From a virus (Duplodnaviria > Caudoviricetes), in IMG/VR virus record IMGVR_UViG_3300042474_001076, positions 1-64,000 of that record: 64,000 nucleotides of DNA. One strand, given 5' to 3'. Under the pieces are notes generated by a model. It was not told the origin of the DNA, ran no database searches, and saw only the letters and a list, made by a program, of their open reading frames with translations. Position numbers and translations under genes: made by a program. Each line of letters opens with the position of its first letter. Positions within the stretch are counted from its first letter, which is position 1. Below are positions 50,501-58,186 of this stretch, piece after piece.

Positions 50501-51092
50501 TGGTTCTTTAACCCCAAATCAAAATTGTTCGGACAATTTAAATAGTTCTTATACAAACTATACAATTGAAACCCCTACTATTACTAAAATAACATTAAAA
50601 AATTCTATTGAATTAATTAAAAAGGAAATGATAAGTGCTAACATCACGACAGAAAATCAAACTTTAATGTTGGCATTTATATTTTCTGTGATGTATATTA
50701 ATTCTTATAAATCTGATAAATTTGAGGCATATGGTCATAATTACGGATCAATAAGGTTAGATGTTGCTTATGGGGGGTCATCATTTTTGATGGAAAACAA
50801 ATATTATTGTGTAAACCAAGGATCAACCCAAAATATACCACTTGCAATATTTAGGAGTGATGAGTACTTTGTAAAATTTGTAATAAGTAAATTCAAAGAA
50901 AAACTATCATTTATTTCAAATCAACCATTATCAACTACCGACGAACAAATAACAGCTCTTAGTAAAGCATTTATATTAAGATGGCCGGTTAACCAACCTG
51001 ACAGTGTTTATGATAAAATGACTGAACAAAATAAAAAAACAATTGAAAATAAATTTAGAGAGTCATTTAATATTGTTAAATCAATACCTTAA
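44547..51092 (+). CDS. Very large baseplate hub protein (gp27/VgrG-like elements)
   Basis: LGITQI...P.IDI...DV.GR.LF near the N-terminus and YKC.IDMLGNAMIQPMMYF.L..VPMF.G.YMI.KVSH near the C-terminus. It follows the LysM gene. Confidence 0.6.
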   Translation: MVNNGENILVEFDYQNISVIDPNKIIDEEGRPKERLIDHENLVFYANLECSVLPRTKLALGVSLNESVKTISVGKINFLNPGFKKFLDNGWSDEITGKNTLTGKGVNQPKKSVSVNPDNSADFYYSQSLISNGVPGAVDNGLLGITQINYSCGLDFVPTIDITLEDVKGRSLFEGGNNSPYAAFFQFPYPLFHLTIKGYLGKAIRIPLMLEKFGSSFDPSSGNFRVKLELKTYKYTIMSHVTFGAMMGTPLMYKSIVTTKQIQPNNSSNNSTPVKKTFASEGYQKMKELYSEYKSKGLINDNFPEITIQQLKYRLDRFIKNIIDSFKKTNLNVLNDLTDYTTQLTEYDGYVFYYTPDSWVKQYLDVNNIFVLKDSEEIIYQWKKEYRDDITKQSAPLNELDGIIKKFNLALEKNKTLGLNQPNYIPNKIELNTCYTKSKFIDVNINKTYLLRTNKELPGIPSEVSAFTKTLEIEFQKNKNFQFDGKGYFLNQTKVMQQKYQINRQKIEESLTAQLADQMSNTSTGIGFEPTMRNILAVFFAQGEAFLRLMDDVHTKAWNLREDKYRKDAVFGSNSTVPSVDIKNDGEENTPIYPWPQLIVENTKNDGGEKYELKYPGDPVLSGKINAFIPEIWPEVEFVEEFIKAYTERELPIPDPEYINNGLTKPERLSFNAIEFPINNQVFQNTEEVKFFYEIYERLMLNSFYSLMSRDSSKLYNMEFYSAESEVINIIKALGDDNPYLTKKLKEYNINSGVYGGFLRHISNQGEGISWQNFIRGEFNTPYIKNETLSSFDLLDAKILINEISQPNVGIENTELVEKYIGIDNVIEKYDICDLYPITNLSWDNNYLANGTIIQKTELVYKTSDVLKYDLNNKSIVNFTENKIIKPITNFNYTDDIFNQSIINGNLKLFYKNRQIKNQYITEGNVFYKNYTDNLIDEQTTSMLNTPYFINAIQKGVYNFRYNSGDSSPYKLAAYLFLNSLPLATLKEKYKLLDDTNNSTNELSYIISTIKKFGAIHRLPHAWILKYGSLWHRYKTWVETGNDILTEVWNNFNYSYNYDPVNSATTKSYNVTIDGSPQEIILEGNITTNVLGINYVKTIINNGFYPKTIDDFNVFYQGKVVFDSVVPIGGTCAIVNDNELEVLTINGDEIISGMTLSGTSLQYGTTIVSQISGTTGGVGRYIITPNQLPNGTTITLDLLGPTFNFILTNVNAVGYVSSEIQSALNTNLGMVKTTGSLINKSNGFDFPNVTRSLTLTPWSCYVKTTDQTSIYPLPSFGGIINQTKDECFRINGTIKTEVSGNNSMYNGSVRLFWKAPNYGYFNNNKVVPPSPDSYLKEIYNSGTTQQNFSINGDIGDYSKLDEMFTSFDKNILDILEIEFLNFGRSVYDYDTLITSVTGEETESEKMCKNFQLLMRTMMKIPVPTATNGDSIVSEIQNSQITAFKSYLTKFMDYEVVMKYGNPSNFDKKLFYTFSNKYIENPYTYQGYKQSSPNTLPTGLLSPVTLLQSKTNNPVTWKALETYVGFSEIPELKYKNNGSYITDFFIDLDVQFNEKNVIQFAPIIKIYATQKLKKNNITKIEFYTLMNDYLNKNEDYIDTVLDLELTRLRNKLPNVIVTPDRNSVKSNLQGEQTRYEIWDTFKSINDKFISGNDYKTKTLFEDILLFDRASRDVGQKIYADIFKVKELIEYGDHNNKMVDMVTTILTQNNFTYFTMPAYANFYNVQNVSKNPTPNPEGTLEFANSLFGTFLTLDYRDTTSKFLCLYANKPSEHLALNDNVDYRFRDDAFDLRRSSDNPLLDNLNGKTDWDKSNKVVGFNVDIGPQNQQIFKQFDISQDPGLPTTESLEVLNQMANLNRNRSESTQSVSLYNLYRNRSYKCSIDMLGNAMIQPMMYFNLRNVPMFSGPYMITKVSHRISDNGFDTEFEGQRQPFYSIPAIDKFLQSLSTTILLSIKEQIEKDETAKLDSPENILQEQNDIINNTNNGNGSLTPNQNCSDNLNSSYTNYTIETPTITKITLKNSIELIKKEMISANITTENQTLMLAFIFSVMYINSYKSDKFEAYGHNYGSIRLDVAYGGSSFLMENKYYCVNQGSTQNIPLAIFRSDEYFVKFVISKFKEKLSFISNQPLSTTDEQITALSKAFILRWPVNQPDSVYDKMTEQNKKTIENKFRESFNIVKSIP

Positions 51093-51134
51093 AATGTTTT
51101 TTTTGTTTTATTAGATATTTATAATAAAAAAACT

Positions 51135-51359
51135 ATGAGCACAAAATTAATTTTAGATAACTATCTTGGTAAAAACACAAGAGTAACAGAAAAAGATAAT
51201 GGTAATGGATTTAAAGAGGTGTGTGATTTAGATACCGGAGATTGTTACACAATAAGAATGAAGGATGGACTGATTGAACGTGTAGACAATACATTAAACA
51301 CACATAAAAAAATCCAAGTTGAAACAAAATCTGGAATAAAACAATTATTAAACGGTTAA
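51135..51359 (+). CDS. Hypothetical protein
   Basis: 74-aa ORF with VCDLDTGDCY, and TATTTAT at 51116-51122. Confidence 0.65.
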   Translation: MSTKLILDNYLGKNTRVTEKDNGNGFKEVCDLDTGDCYTIRMKDGLIERVDNTLNTHKKIQVETKSGIKQLLNG

Positions 51360-51360
51360 T

Positions 51361-52026
51361 ATGTCAATAGATAAAAAAATATTAGAAGAAATTAGAAGAT
51401 ATAAAAATATCAATAAATATATCTTAGAACAAGAAACACCTCCGGGTGAAGAATTACCCCCACTTCCGGGTGGAGAGGTTGCTCCTCCACCTCCTGGCGG
51501 AGAATTACCACCACCTCCGGGTGGAGAATTGCCACCACCTCCGGGTGGAGAGGTTGCTCCTCCACCTCCAACCGAACCAACACCTCAACCAGTTGATATT
51601 AAAAATGATCCTGATGTGGAAGAAGTTGGAAATGAAACCGAAGAACTTGATATTACCGATTTAATTAACACACAAAAAACATTTGCTGACAAACAAGAAG
51701 AATATTTTAATAATTTATTTAATCAATTAAATACTCTTGAGACTAAATTAGGTGAAATGGATAATTTAGTTAATACGGTAAATAGTTTGGAATCAAAAAT
51801 TGAAAAAATAAGACCAAAAACTCCTGAAGAAAAATTGGAATTAAGAAGTTTAGATTCTGGACCGTTTAATCAAAAATTAAGTGATTTTTTTGATGACAAA
51901 ATGGGAGAAATGGAAAAATCTGGAAAAAATGAATATGTTTTAACAACTAATGATGTTGAAGAATTTTCTCCAAATGAAATTAAAGGTAGTTTTAATGACT
52001 ACGAAGACCAAGATGAAATGATGTAA
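51361..52026 (+). CDS. Acidic Pro-rich coiled-coil protein (possible prohead core/scaffold)
   Basis: PPPGGE repeats, a coiled coil and an acidic C-terminus. Confidence 0.5.
   Translation: MSIDKKILEEIRRYKNINKYILEQETPPGEELPPLPGGEVAPPPPGGELPPPPGGELPPPPGGEVAPPPPTEPTPQPVDIKNDPDVEEVGNETEELDITDLINTQKTFADKQEEYFNNLFNQLNTLETKLGEMDNLVNTVNSLESKIEKIRPKTPEEKLELRSLDSGPFNQKLSDFFDDKMGEMEKSGKNEYVLTTNDVEEFSPNEIKGSFNDYEDQDEMM
51439..51570 (+). repeat. GC-rich coding repeat encoding PPPGGE(L/V)
   Basis: CCTCCGGGTGGAGA-type units repeated about 5 times. Confidence 0.8.
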
Positions 52027-52073
52027 CATGTTAATTATTTAATCAAAATCTCTATATATTTTTACTTACCTTA

Positions 52074-52102
52074 TTGACTACTATTTTTATTTAACTTATA
52101 CT
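52074..52102 (+). promoter_or_regulatory. Sigma70-like promoter of the SSB/recombination operon
   Basis: TTGACT-N17-TATACT. Confidence 0.65.
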
Positions 52103-52135
52103 TTCTATTATAAACTTTTAAAAAATATATAAACA

Positions 52136-52996
52136 ATGGCGACAAACAATTCCTTTGATGCGGTTTTGGCTCAGTATGAGAGTTCAAAACAAAGTGGTTC
52201 TTCTTCCACTTCAAAATTTACACAAGAAGAAAGAATGAAAAAGTATTTCGCAGCAATCCTTAAGGATACCGAAAAACAAGGTCAGAGAACAATCCGTATT
52301 TTACCTACAACAGATGGGTCATCACCTTTTAAAGAGGTATGGTTCCACGAAATTAATGTTGACGGTAAATGGCAAAAGTTCTATGATCCGGCAAAAAATG
52401 ACAACGAACGTTCACCTTTAAATGAGGTTTATGAAGAGTTGATTTCAACAGGTCGTGAATCCGACAAACAATTAGCAACACAATACAAATCACGTAAGTT
52501 TTATATTGTTAAAGTAATTGATCGTGATAACGAATCTGACGGTGTTAAATTTTGGAGATTTAAACACAATTACAAACAAGAAGGAATACTTGATAAAATT
52601 ATTCCAATTTGGAAGGCAAAAGGTGATGTTACCGACTCTGATAATGGTCGTGACTTAATCCTTGAACTTACAAAGGCAAAGACTCCAAAAGGAGCAACAT
52701 ATACCGTAATTCAAACGGTTATGTATGATGATCCATCACCAACACATACTGATACTGATACATCTAATGATTGGATTAATAATGAGTTAACTTGGGAGGA
52801 TGTATATTCCAAAAAACCTGTTGAGTATCTTGAATCAATTGCTAAAGGAGAAACCCCAAGATGGGATACTGATGCGGGAAAATACATTTATTCCAACAGT
52901 AGTGTATCTGAAATTTCTTTGGGTGGATCAAAATCAATTAATCAAGTTGAAGACCCTCAAACAAATAATAACGTTGATGAGGAATTACCATTCTAA
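52136..52996 (+). CDS. Single-stranded DNA-binding protein (gp32-like)
   Basis: IRILP....PF..V.FH, VIDRD and D...GRDL.L motifs, with acidic C-terminus DEELPF. Confidence 0.8.
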   Translation: MATNNSFDAVLAQYESSKQSGSSSTSKFTQEERMKKYFAAILKDTEKQGQRTIRILPTTDGSSPFKEVWFHEINVDGKWQKFYDPAKNDNERSPLNEVYEELISTGRESDKQLATQYKSRKFYIVKVIDRDNESDGVKFWRFKHNYKQEGILDKIIPIWKAKGDVTDSDNGRDLILELTKAKTPKGATYTVIQTVMYDDPSPTHTDTDTSNDWINNELTWEDVYSKKPVEYLESIAKGETPRWDTDAGKYIYSNSSVSEISLGGSKSINQVEDPQTNNNVDEELPF

Positions 52997-53008
52997 TTAA
53001 AGTTCGAC

Positions 53009-53044
53009 ATGGGCACTTGGAAATACTGAGTGTCCATATTTTTT
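53009..53044 (+). terminator. Hairpin/terminator after SSB
   Basis: ATGGGCACTT...GAGTGTCCAT followed by a T-run. Confidence 0.65.
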
Positions 53045-53067
53045 AAAATCAAAAAAAATCAAAAAAA

Positions 53068-53295
53068 ATGAGTAAAATAGCAGAAAAAATGTATGAGGCA
53101 TTGTCCTTAAAGTATCGCAGTGAAATGGCAGAATCAGAAGCGACGTTATTAGTTTATTTAACTTCATCTGTTGGTATTGGTGAACATCCACAACATTTAG
53201 AAGAAATGGATAAGTTAGTTGAAAAATTCGCAAACGCACAAGATAAACTTGAGTCATTGGAAAAAATTCGTAAATATAATTCAGAAATTTTATAA
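53068..53295 (+). CDS. Small conserved phage protein (VGIGEHP motif)
   Basis: YL...VGIGEHP...EEMDKL motif, which I recognise from T4-like phages. Confidence 0.65.
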   Translation: MSKIAEKMYEALSLKYRSEMAESEATLLVYLTSSVGIGEHPQHLEEMDKLVEKFANAQDKLESLEKIRKYNSEIL

Positions 53296-53299
53296 TAAA

Positions 53300-54283
53300 A
53301 TGGCGATAAGAAAAAGAGAAATATCTTTAGAAACAATTAAAGGTAAATATTCGACAAAAACAAAATACAAACCAGAAAGTTTCTATAATTGTGGAGAAGC
53401 TTTTATGGGATCATGTGGATTACCTGGCCCTATTATGGGTGGTATAAATATGTTTTTAGGACATTCAAATACCTCAAAAACAACGGCAATGATCCTTGCG
53501 GCAGCTGACGCTCAGAAAAAAGGTCATTTACCTATTCTTATTATTACTGAGAAAAAATGGTCTTGGGAACATGCTATTGAATTGGGATTACAGGCGGAAA
53601 AAAACGAACTTGGTGAGTATGATGGAATGTTTATTTTTAACGATTCATTTGATGTAATTGAACAAGCAACTGAATTTATTAATGACATTCTTGACGCTCA
53701 AGAAAAGGGAGATATTCCTTATAGTTTATTATTTTTGTGGGACAGTATTGGAAGTATACCTTGTCAGATGACTTTTGATGGTAAAGGCGGTGGAATGCAC
53801 AACGCAAAAGTATTAGCGGATAAAATTGGTATGGGAATTCATTCAAGAATCTCAAAATCTAAAAAAGAAGACTACCCATATTACAATACTTTAGTAATCT
53901 TAAATCAACCTTGGGTGTTACTTCCTGATAATCCATTTGGACAACCTGAAATCAAAGCCAAAGGTGGTGAAGCGGTATGGTTGGCATCATCATTAGTGTT
54001 TTTATTTGGTAATCAGAAAAAGGCAGGTATTAGTCACATTGATGCGACTAAGAATGGTAGAAAAGTATCTTTTGCAATTAGAACTAAAATTTCGATATTA
54101 AAGAATCACGTTAATGGTCTTGGGTATAAAGATGGTAAGATAATTGCAGTACCACAAGGTTATATTGCAGACACAAAAGAATCTTTGGATAATTATAAGA
54201 AAGACTATTCTGATTATTGGGAAACAAAATTAGGGTATTCAGATTATTCTTTAGCCGAATCTGATGATGACTCTGACGAGTAA
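53300..54283 (+). CDS. uvsX: RecA/UvsX-like recombinase
   Basis: G.P...I....GHSNTSKTT, WDSIGS, ILNQ, KGGEA and KNHVNG. Likely start is the ATG at 53300. Confidence 0.8.
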   Translation: MAIRKREISLETIKGKYSTKTKYKPESFYNCGEAFMGSCGLPGPIMGGINMFLGHSNTSKTTAMILAAADAQKKGHLPILIITEKKWSWEHAIELGLQAEKNELGEYDGMFIFNDSFDVIEQATEFINDILDAQEKGDIPYSLLFLWDSIGSIPCQMTFDGKGGGMHNAKVLADKIGMGIHSRISKSKKEDYPYYNTLVILNQPWVLLPDNPFGQPEIKAKGGEAVWLASSLVFLFGNQKKAGISHIDATKNGRKVSFAIRTKISILKNHVNGLGYKDGKIIAVPQGYIADTKESLDNYKKDYSDYWETKLGYSDYSLAESDDDSDE

Positions 54284-54314
54284 AAAGTATTTTCAAACGA
54301 CTTAAAAAATTTAA

Positions 54315-55325
54315 ATGGTCAAAACATTAATTGTTGATGGTAACAATTTATTAAAAATAGGATTTCACGGAGTTAAAGATTTTTATAATAATGGGGAACA
54401 CATTGGTGGAACTTGGCATTTTATTAACACAATTCGTAAATTCTTAGAAGAAACCAATTTTAATAAAGTTATGGTCTTTTGGGATAGTGACACAAACTCA
54501 TCTCAAAGAAAATTAATATATCCAAAATATAAGATGAATCGTAAATCTTCTCCTAATGATGTGGAGAAGACAGATTCATTTAACAAACAAAAAACAAGAG
54601 TTAAACAATATCTTGAAGAGATGTTTATTAGACAATTAGAGATTGAAAATTCGGAAGCCGATGATCTTATTGCGTATTACTGTCAAATCTCTTTAGATGA
54701 AGAGAAAACGATATTCTCAAGTGATAAAGACTTAACTCAATTAATTTCAGAAAAGGTATTAATTTATTCACCAAACTTAAAGTCGTATTATAAATTTGGT
54801 GACAACATTAAATTTAAAAATTGTTCGATTCCTCATTATAATGTTATGACATTTAAGATCCTTGCTGGTGATACTTCGGATAATATTGATGGAATAAGTT
54901 TAATGGGTGAGAAAACTTTAATTAAATTTTTTCCTGAAATACTTGATTCAAAGATATATTTAACCGATATTTTAACAAAAGGTGAACAACTATTAAAAGA
55001 ACAACAAAAAAATGTTGTTTTAGGAAATTTAATCATTGGAAAAACAAAAGAAGGTATTATGGGTGATGATTTTTTTAGAATCAATAAAAAACTCGTAGAT
55101 TTATCAGAACCTTTAATTGATGAAGATGGTAAAAAAATGGTTAGAGAATATTACTCTGAGTCAATGGATCCTGATGGAAGAGGACATAGAAACCTAATTA
55201 GAATGATGATGACCGACGGGTTCTTCAAGTACCTCCCAAAAGGAGATGATGCATGGATTAATTTTTTAAAACCATTTTTAAAATTATCAAGAAAAGAAAA
55301 AACAAAATTTAGAAACAAAATTTAG
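54315..55325 (+). CDS. 5'-3' exonuclease / flap endonuclease (T4 RNase H-like)
   Basis: LIVDGNN, YKMNR, EADDLIA, SSDKDL.QL and GDTSDNIDGI...GEKT. Confidence 0.9.
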   Translation: MVKTLIVDGNNLLKIGFHGVKDFYNNGEHIGGTWHFINTIRKFLEETNFNKVMVFWDSDTNSSQRKLIYPKYKMNRKSSPNDVEKTDSFNKQKTRVKQYLEEMFIRQLEIENSEADDLIAYYCQISLDEEKTIFSSDKDLTQLISEKVLIYSPNLKSYYKFGDNIKFKNCSIPHYNVMTFKILAGDTSDNIDGISLMGEKTLIKFFPEILDSKIYLTDILTKGEQLLKEQQKNVVLGNLIIGKTKEGIMGDDFFRINKKLVDLSEPLIDEDGKKMVREYYSESMDPDGRGHRNLIRMMMTDGFFKYLPKGDDAWINFLKPFLKLSRKEKTKFRNKI

Positions 55326-55347
55326 AAACAAAAATTAAAAAAAAAGT

Positions 55348-55800
55348 ATGAAAGATCAAGATGTAACAAAAGTAGAATTTTTATTAATGTGTAATGACAA
55401 TATTGTCGTACAAAGATTTTTTAATGTGAAAGGTTTAAACAAAAACTCTCACAAATCAGTTGAATTTTATGATTATTTTCGTTTATTTACGGATAAATTA
55501 AAAAATAATTTAAAAATGAGGAGTGTTATCTATATGTTAGATAACCAATACGAAATAGGTGTAAATCCTGATATGTTAAACACATCAATTACTGATGGAC
55601 CTGAAAATTTTAATGTTTATGTTAAAATTGGTGATATGACAATATGTCAGAGAACATTTAACGCAAAACATTACCCGCCAAAAATAAGGTATACGGTAGA
55701 TCTACGACCACAATTAAAAAGTGTACTTAATGATCTTACTGACATTTTTTCAGGTAAAAATTTTAATTATTATTACCCGAATTTTAATCAAAACCAATAG
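55348..55800 (+). CDS. Hypothetical protein
   Basis: 150-aa ORF inside the replication operon. Confidence 0.6.
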   Translation: MKDQDVTKVEFLLMCNDNIVVQRFFNVKGLNKNSHKSVEFYDYFRLFTDKLKNNLKMRSVIYMLDNQYEIGVNPDMLNTSITDGPENFNVYVKIGDMTICQRTFNAKHYPPKIRYTVDLRPQLKSVLNDLTDIFSGKNFNYYYPNFNQNQ

Positions 55801-55829
55801 TATTTATCATTACTAACAAAACAAAAAAC

Positions 55830-57206
55830 ATGGCGACAAACAAAAACTTTGAGTACTTAGGTAATGTATTTCAATTACAATTATTAAACCAAATTATATT
55901 AGATAAAGACTTTTCACAGTCAATTATTGATGTAATAGAAAACAATTATTTTGAAAATAAATACTTTAAAATAATTGTTCAAATGATTAAGGAGTATTAT
56001 GTAAAATACGATCATACCCCATCATTTGAAACATTGGAACAGATTACTAAATCTGAATTACAACAAGAAATTGCGTCTAAAATAGTTTTGGACACAATTA
56101 AGAAAATTAAGGATTCACCTATTGACGGTGTTAATTTTGTGCAAGAAAAGGCTTTAAAATTCTGTAAACAACAAGAACTTCAAAAAGTTATGAATAAAGC
56201 TCAAAAAATAATTGATGGAGGTGAATTTGAAAATTATGACACTCTTGAAGAGTTAGTTAGAGGAGCATTACAAGTAGGAGAAAAAAATACTAATGCTATG
56301 GATGTTTTTTCTAATATTTATCAGGTACTTGATGATGATTATAGACATCCAATACCAATGGGAATTCCAGGTATCGATAAACTATTAAAAGGTGGTTTAG
56401 CTAGAGGTGAAATTGGTGTTATTTTAGCTCCAACAGGAGTGGGTAAATCTACAATCTTAACTAAAATTGCTAACCACGCATTTAACTTAGGAAACAACGT
56501 ACTTCAGATCTTTTTTGAAGATAACCCAAAGGTAATTCAAAGAAAACATTTTACTCTTTGGACAAAAATTCATCCTGACGAATTATCTGAAAAAAGGGAT
56601 GAGGTAATAGAAAAAGTTAAAGTTATCGAAGAGTCAATGCCAAATAAGTTAATAATGAATAAATTACCTTCTGACACTGTAACTATTTTACAAATTAAAA
56701 ATCAAATTAGAAAAATGGTTGCTGAAGGAACAAAGATTGATATGGTATTATTAGATTATATTGACTGTGTTGTTCCTGAAAAAAATTTGGGTGATGAATG
56801 GAAAAGTGAAGGTTCTGTTATGAGAGGGTTTGAAGCTATGTGTCATGAACTTAATTTAGTTGGATGGACTGCAACACAAGGTAATAGAAGTTCTATTTCT
56901 TCTGAGGTTGTAACAACTGATCAAATGGGTGGATCAATTAAAAAAGCACAAGTTGGTCACGTTATTATTACGGTTGCAAAAACACTTCAACAGAAAGAGA
57001 TGAAATTAGCGACAATAGCAATTACAAAATCAAGGGTTGGTGATGACGGTGTAATATTTGAAAATTGTAAATTTGATAATGCAATGTTAGACATTGACAC
57101 CGAGAGTTCTATGACTTTCTTAGGTTTAGAAGAAAAACAAGAAGAAAGACAAAGACAAAGAGTAATAGAATTGTTAGAAAAAAGACAAGAAAGACAAAAC
57201 AATTAA
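55830..57206 (+). CDS. dnaB: Replicative DnaB-like helicase (gp41-like)
   Basis: APTGVGKST, LDYID, WTATQGNR and KSR.G motifs. Confidence 0.9.
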   Translation: MATNKNFEYLGNVFQLQLLNQIILDKDFSQSIIDVIENNYFENKYFKIIVQMIKEYYVKYDHTPSFETLEQITKSELQQEIASKIVLDTIKKIKDSPIDGVNFVQEKALKFCKQQELQKVMNKAQKIIDGGEFENYDTLEELVRGALQVGEKNTNAMDVFSNIYQVLDDDYRHPIPMGIPGIDKLLKGGLARGEIGVILAPTGVGKSTILTKIANHAFNLGNNVLQIFFEDNPKVIQRKHFTLWTKIHPDELSEKRDEVIEKVKVIEESMPNKLIMNKLPSDTVTILQIKNQIRKMVAEGTKIDMVLLDYIDCVVPEKNLGDEWKSEGSVMRGFEAMCHELNLVGWTATQGNRSSISSEVVTTDQMGGSIKKAQVGHVIITVAKTLQQKEMKLATIAITKSRVGDDGVIFENCKFDNAMLDIDTESSMTFLGLEEKQEERQRQRVIELLEKRQERQNN

Positions 57207-57222
57207 AAAATAATTAAATAAA

Positions 57223-58170
57223 ATGGAAAAAATATTAATTGAAAACCCCTCAAGATTCGTCATATTCCCAATTGAACATAATGACATATGGGAATTTTAT
57301 AAACAACATCAAGCAGCATTTTGGACGGCAGAAGAAGTAGATTTAACAAATGATATTCGTGATTGGGAAAAACTAACGGATAATGAAAAATACTTTGTTA
57401 AAAATTTATTATCATTTTTTGCGGCATCTGATGGTATTGTTAATGAAAACTTAGCGGAAAATTTTTATCGTGAGGTACAATATCCTGAAGCAAAATTCTT
57501 TTACGGATTCCAATTAGCAATGGAAAACATTCACTCATTGATGTATTCGTTATTGATTGATACCTATATTAGTGATACTAAAGAAAAAGACGAATGTTTT
57601 AATGCGATTGATAGACTACCTGCGGTACAGAAGAAGGCAAAATGGGCATTAAACTGGATTGATAATTCATCTTTCCAAGAAAGGTTAATTGCTTTTGCTG
57701 CAGTTGAAGGAATATTCTTTTCAGGTTCATTCTGTTCTATTTTTTGGTTAAAGTCAAGAGGAATTATGCAAGGACTATGTAACGCTAATTCTCTAATTTT
57801 TAAAGATGAAAATCTACATTGTGATTTTGCAATTCATTTGTTAAATAACCATTGTGAAAATAAACCATCAGAAAAAAGAATTAAAGAAATTTTATTATCC
57901 GCACTTGAGATTGAAAAAGAATTTATTACCGAATCCTTACCAGTTTCATTGATTGGAATGAACTCAAATTTAATGAAACAATATTTGGAATTTGTTGTAG
58001 ATGGTCTTTTGGTAAAATTTGGTTGTAATAAAGAATTTAATGTTGACCAACCATTTAAATTTATGGAACAAATTGCTGTTGAAACAAAAGGTAATTTCTT
58101 TGAGTCAAGAACAATGGAATATCAAAAAGCAAAATTAAATGAAAAAATTACGTTTGAAGAAGATTTTTAA
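57223..58170 (+). CDS. nrdB: Ribonucleotide reductase class Ia beta subunit
   Basis: [45 protein letters not shown] and NFFE. Confidence 0.95.
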   Translation: MEKILIENPSRFVIFPIEHNDIWEFYKQHQAAFWTAEEVDLTNDIRDWEKLTDNEKYFVKNLLSFFAASDGIVNENLAENFYREVQYPEAKFFYGFQLAMENIHSLMYSLLIDTYISDTKEKDECFNAIDRLPAVQKKAKWALNWIDNSSFQERLIAFAAVEGIFFSGSFCSIFWLKSRGIMQGLCNANSLIFKDENLHCDFAIHLLNNHCENKPSEKRIKEILLSALEIEKEFITESLPVSLIGMNSNLMKQYLEFVVDGLLVKFGCNKEFNVDQPFKFMEQIAVETKGNFFESRTMEYQKAKLNEKITFEEDF

Positions 58171-58186
58171 AAATTAAAAAAATACT

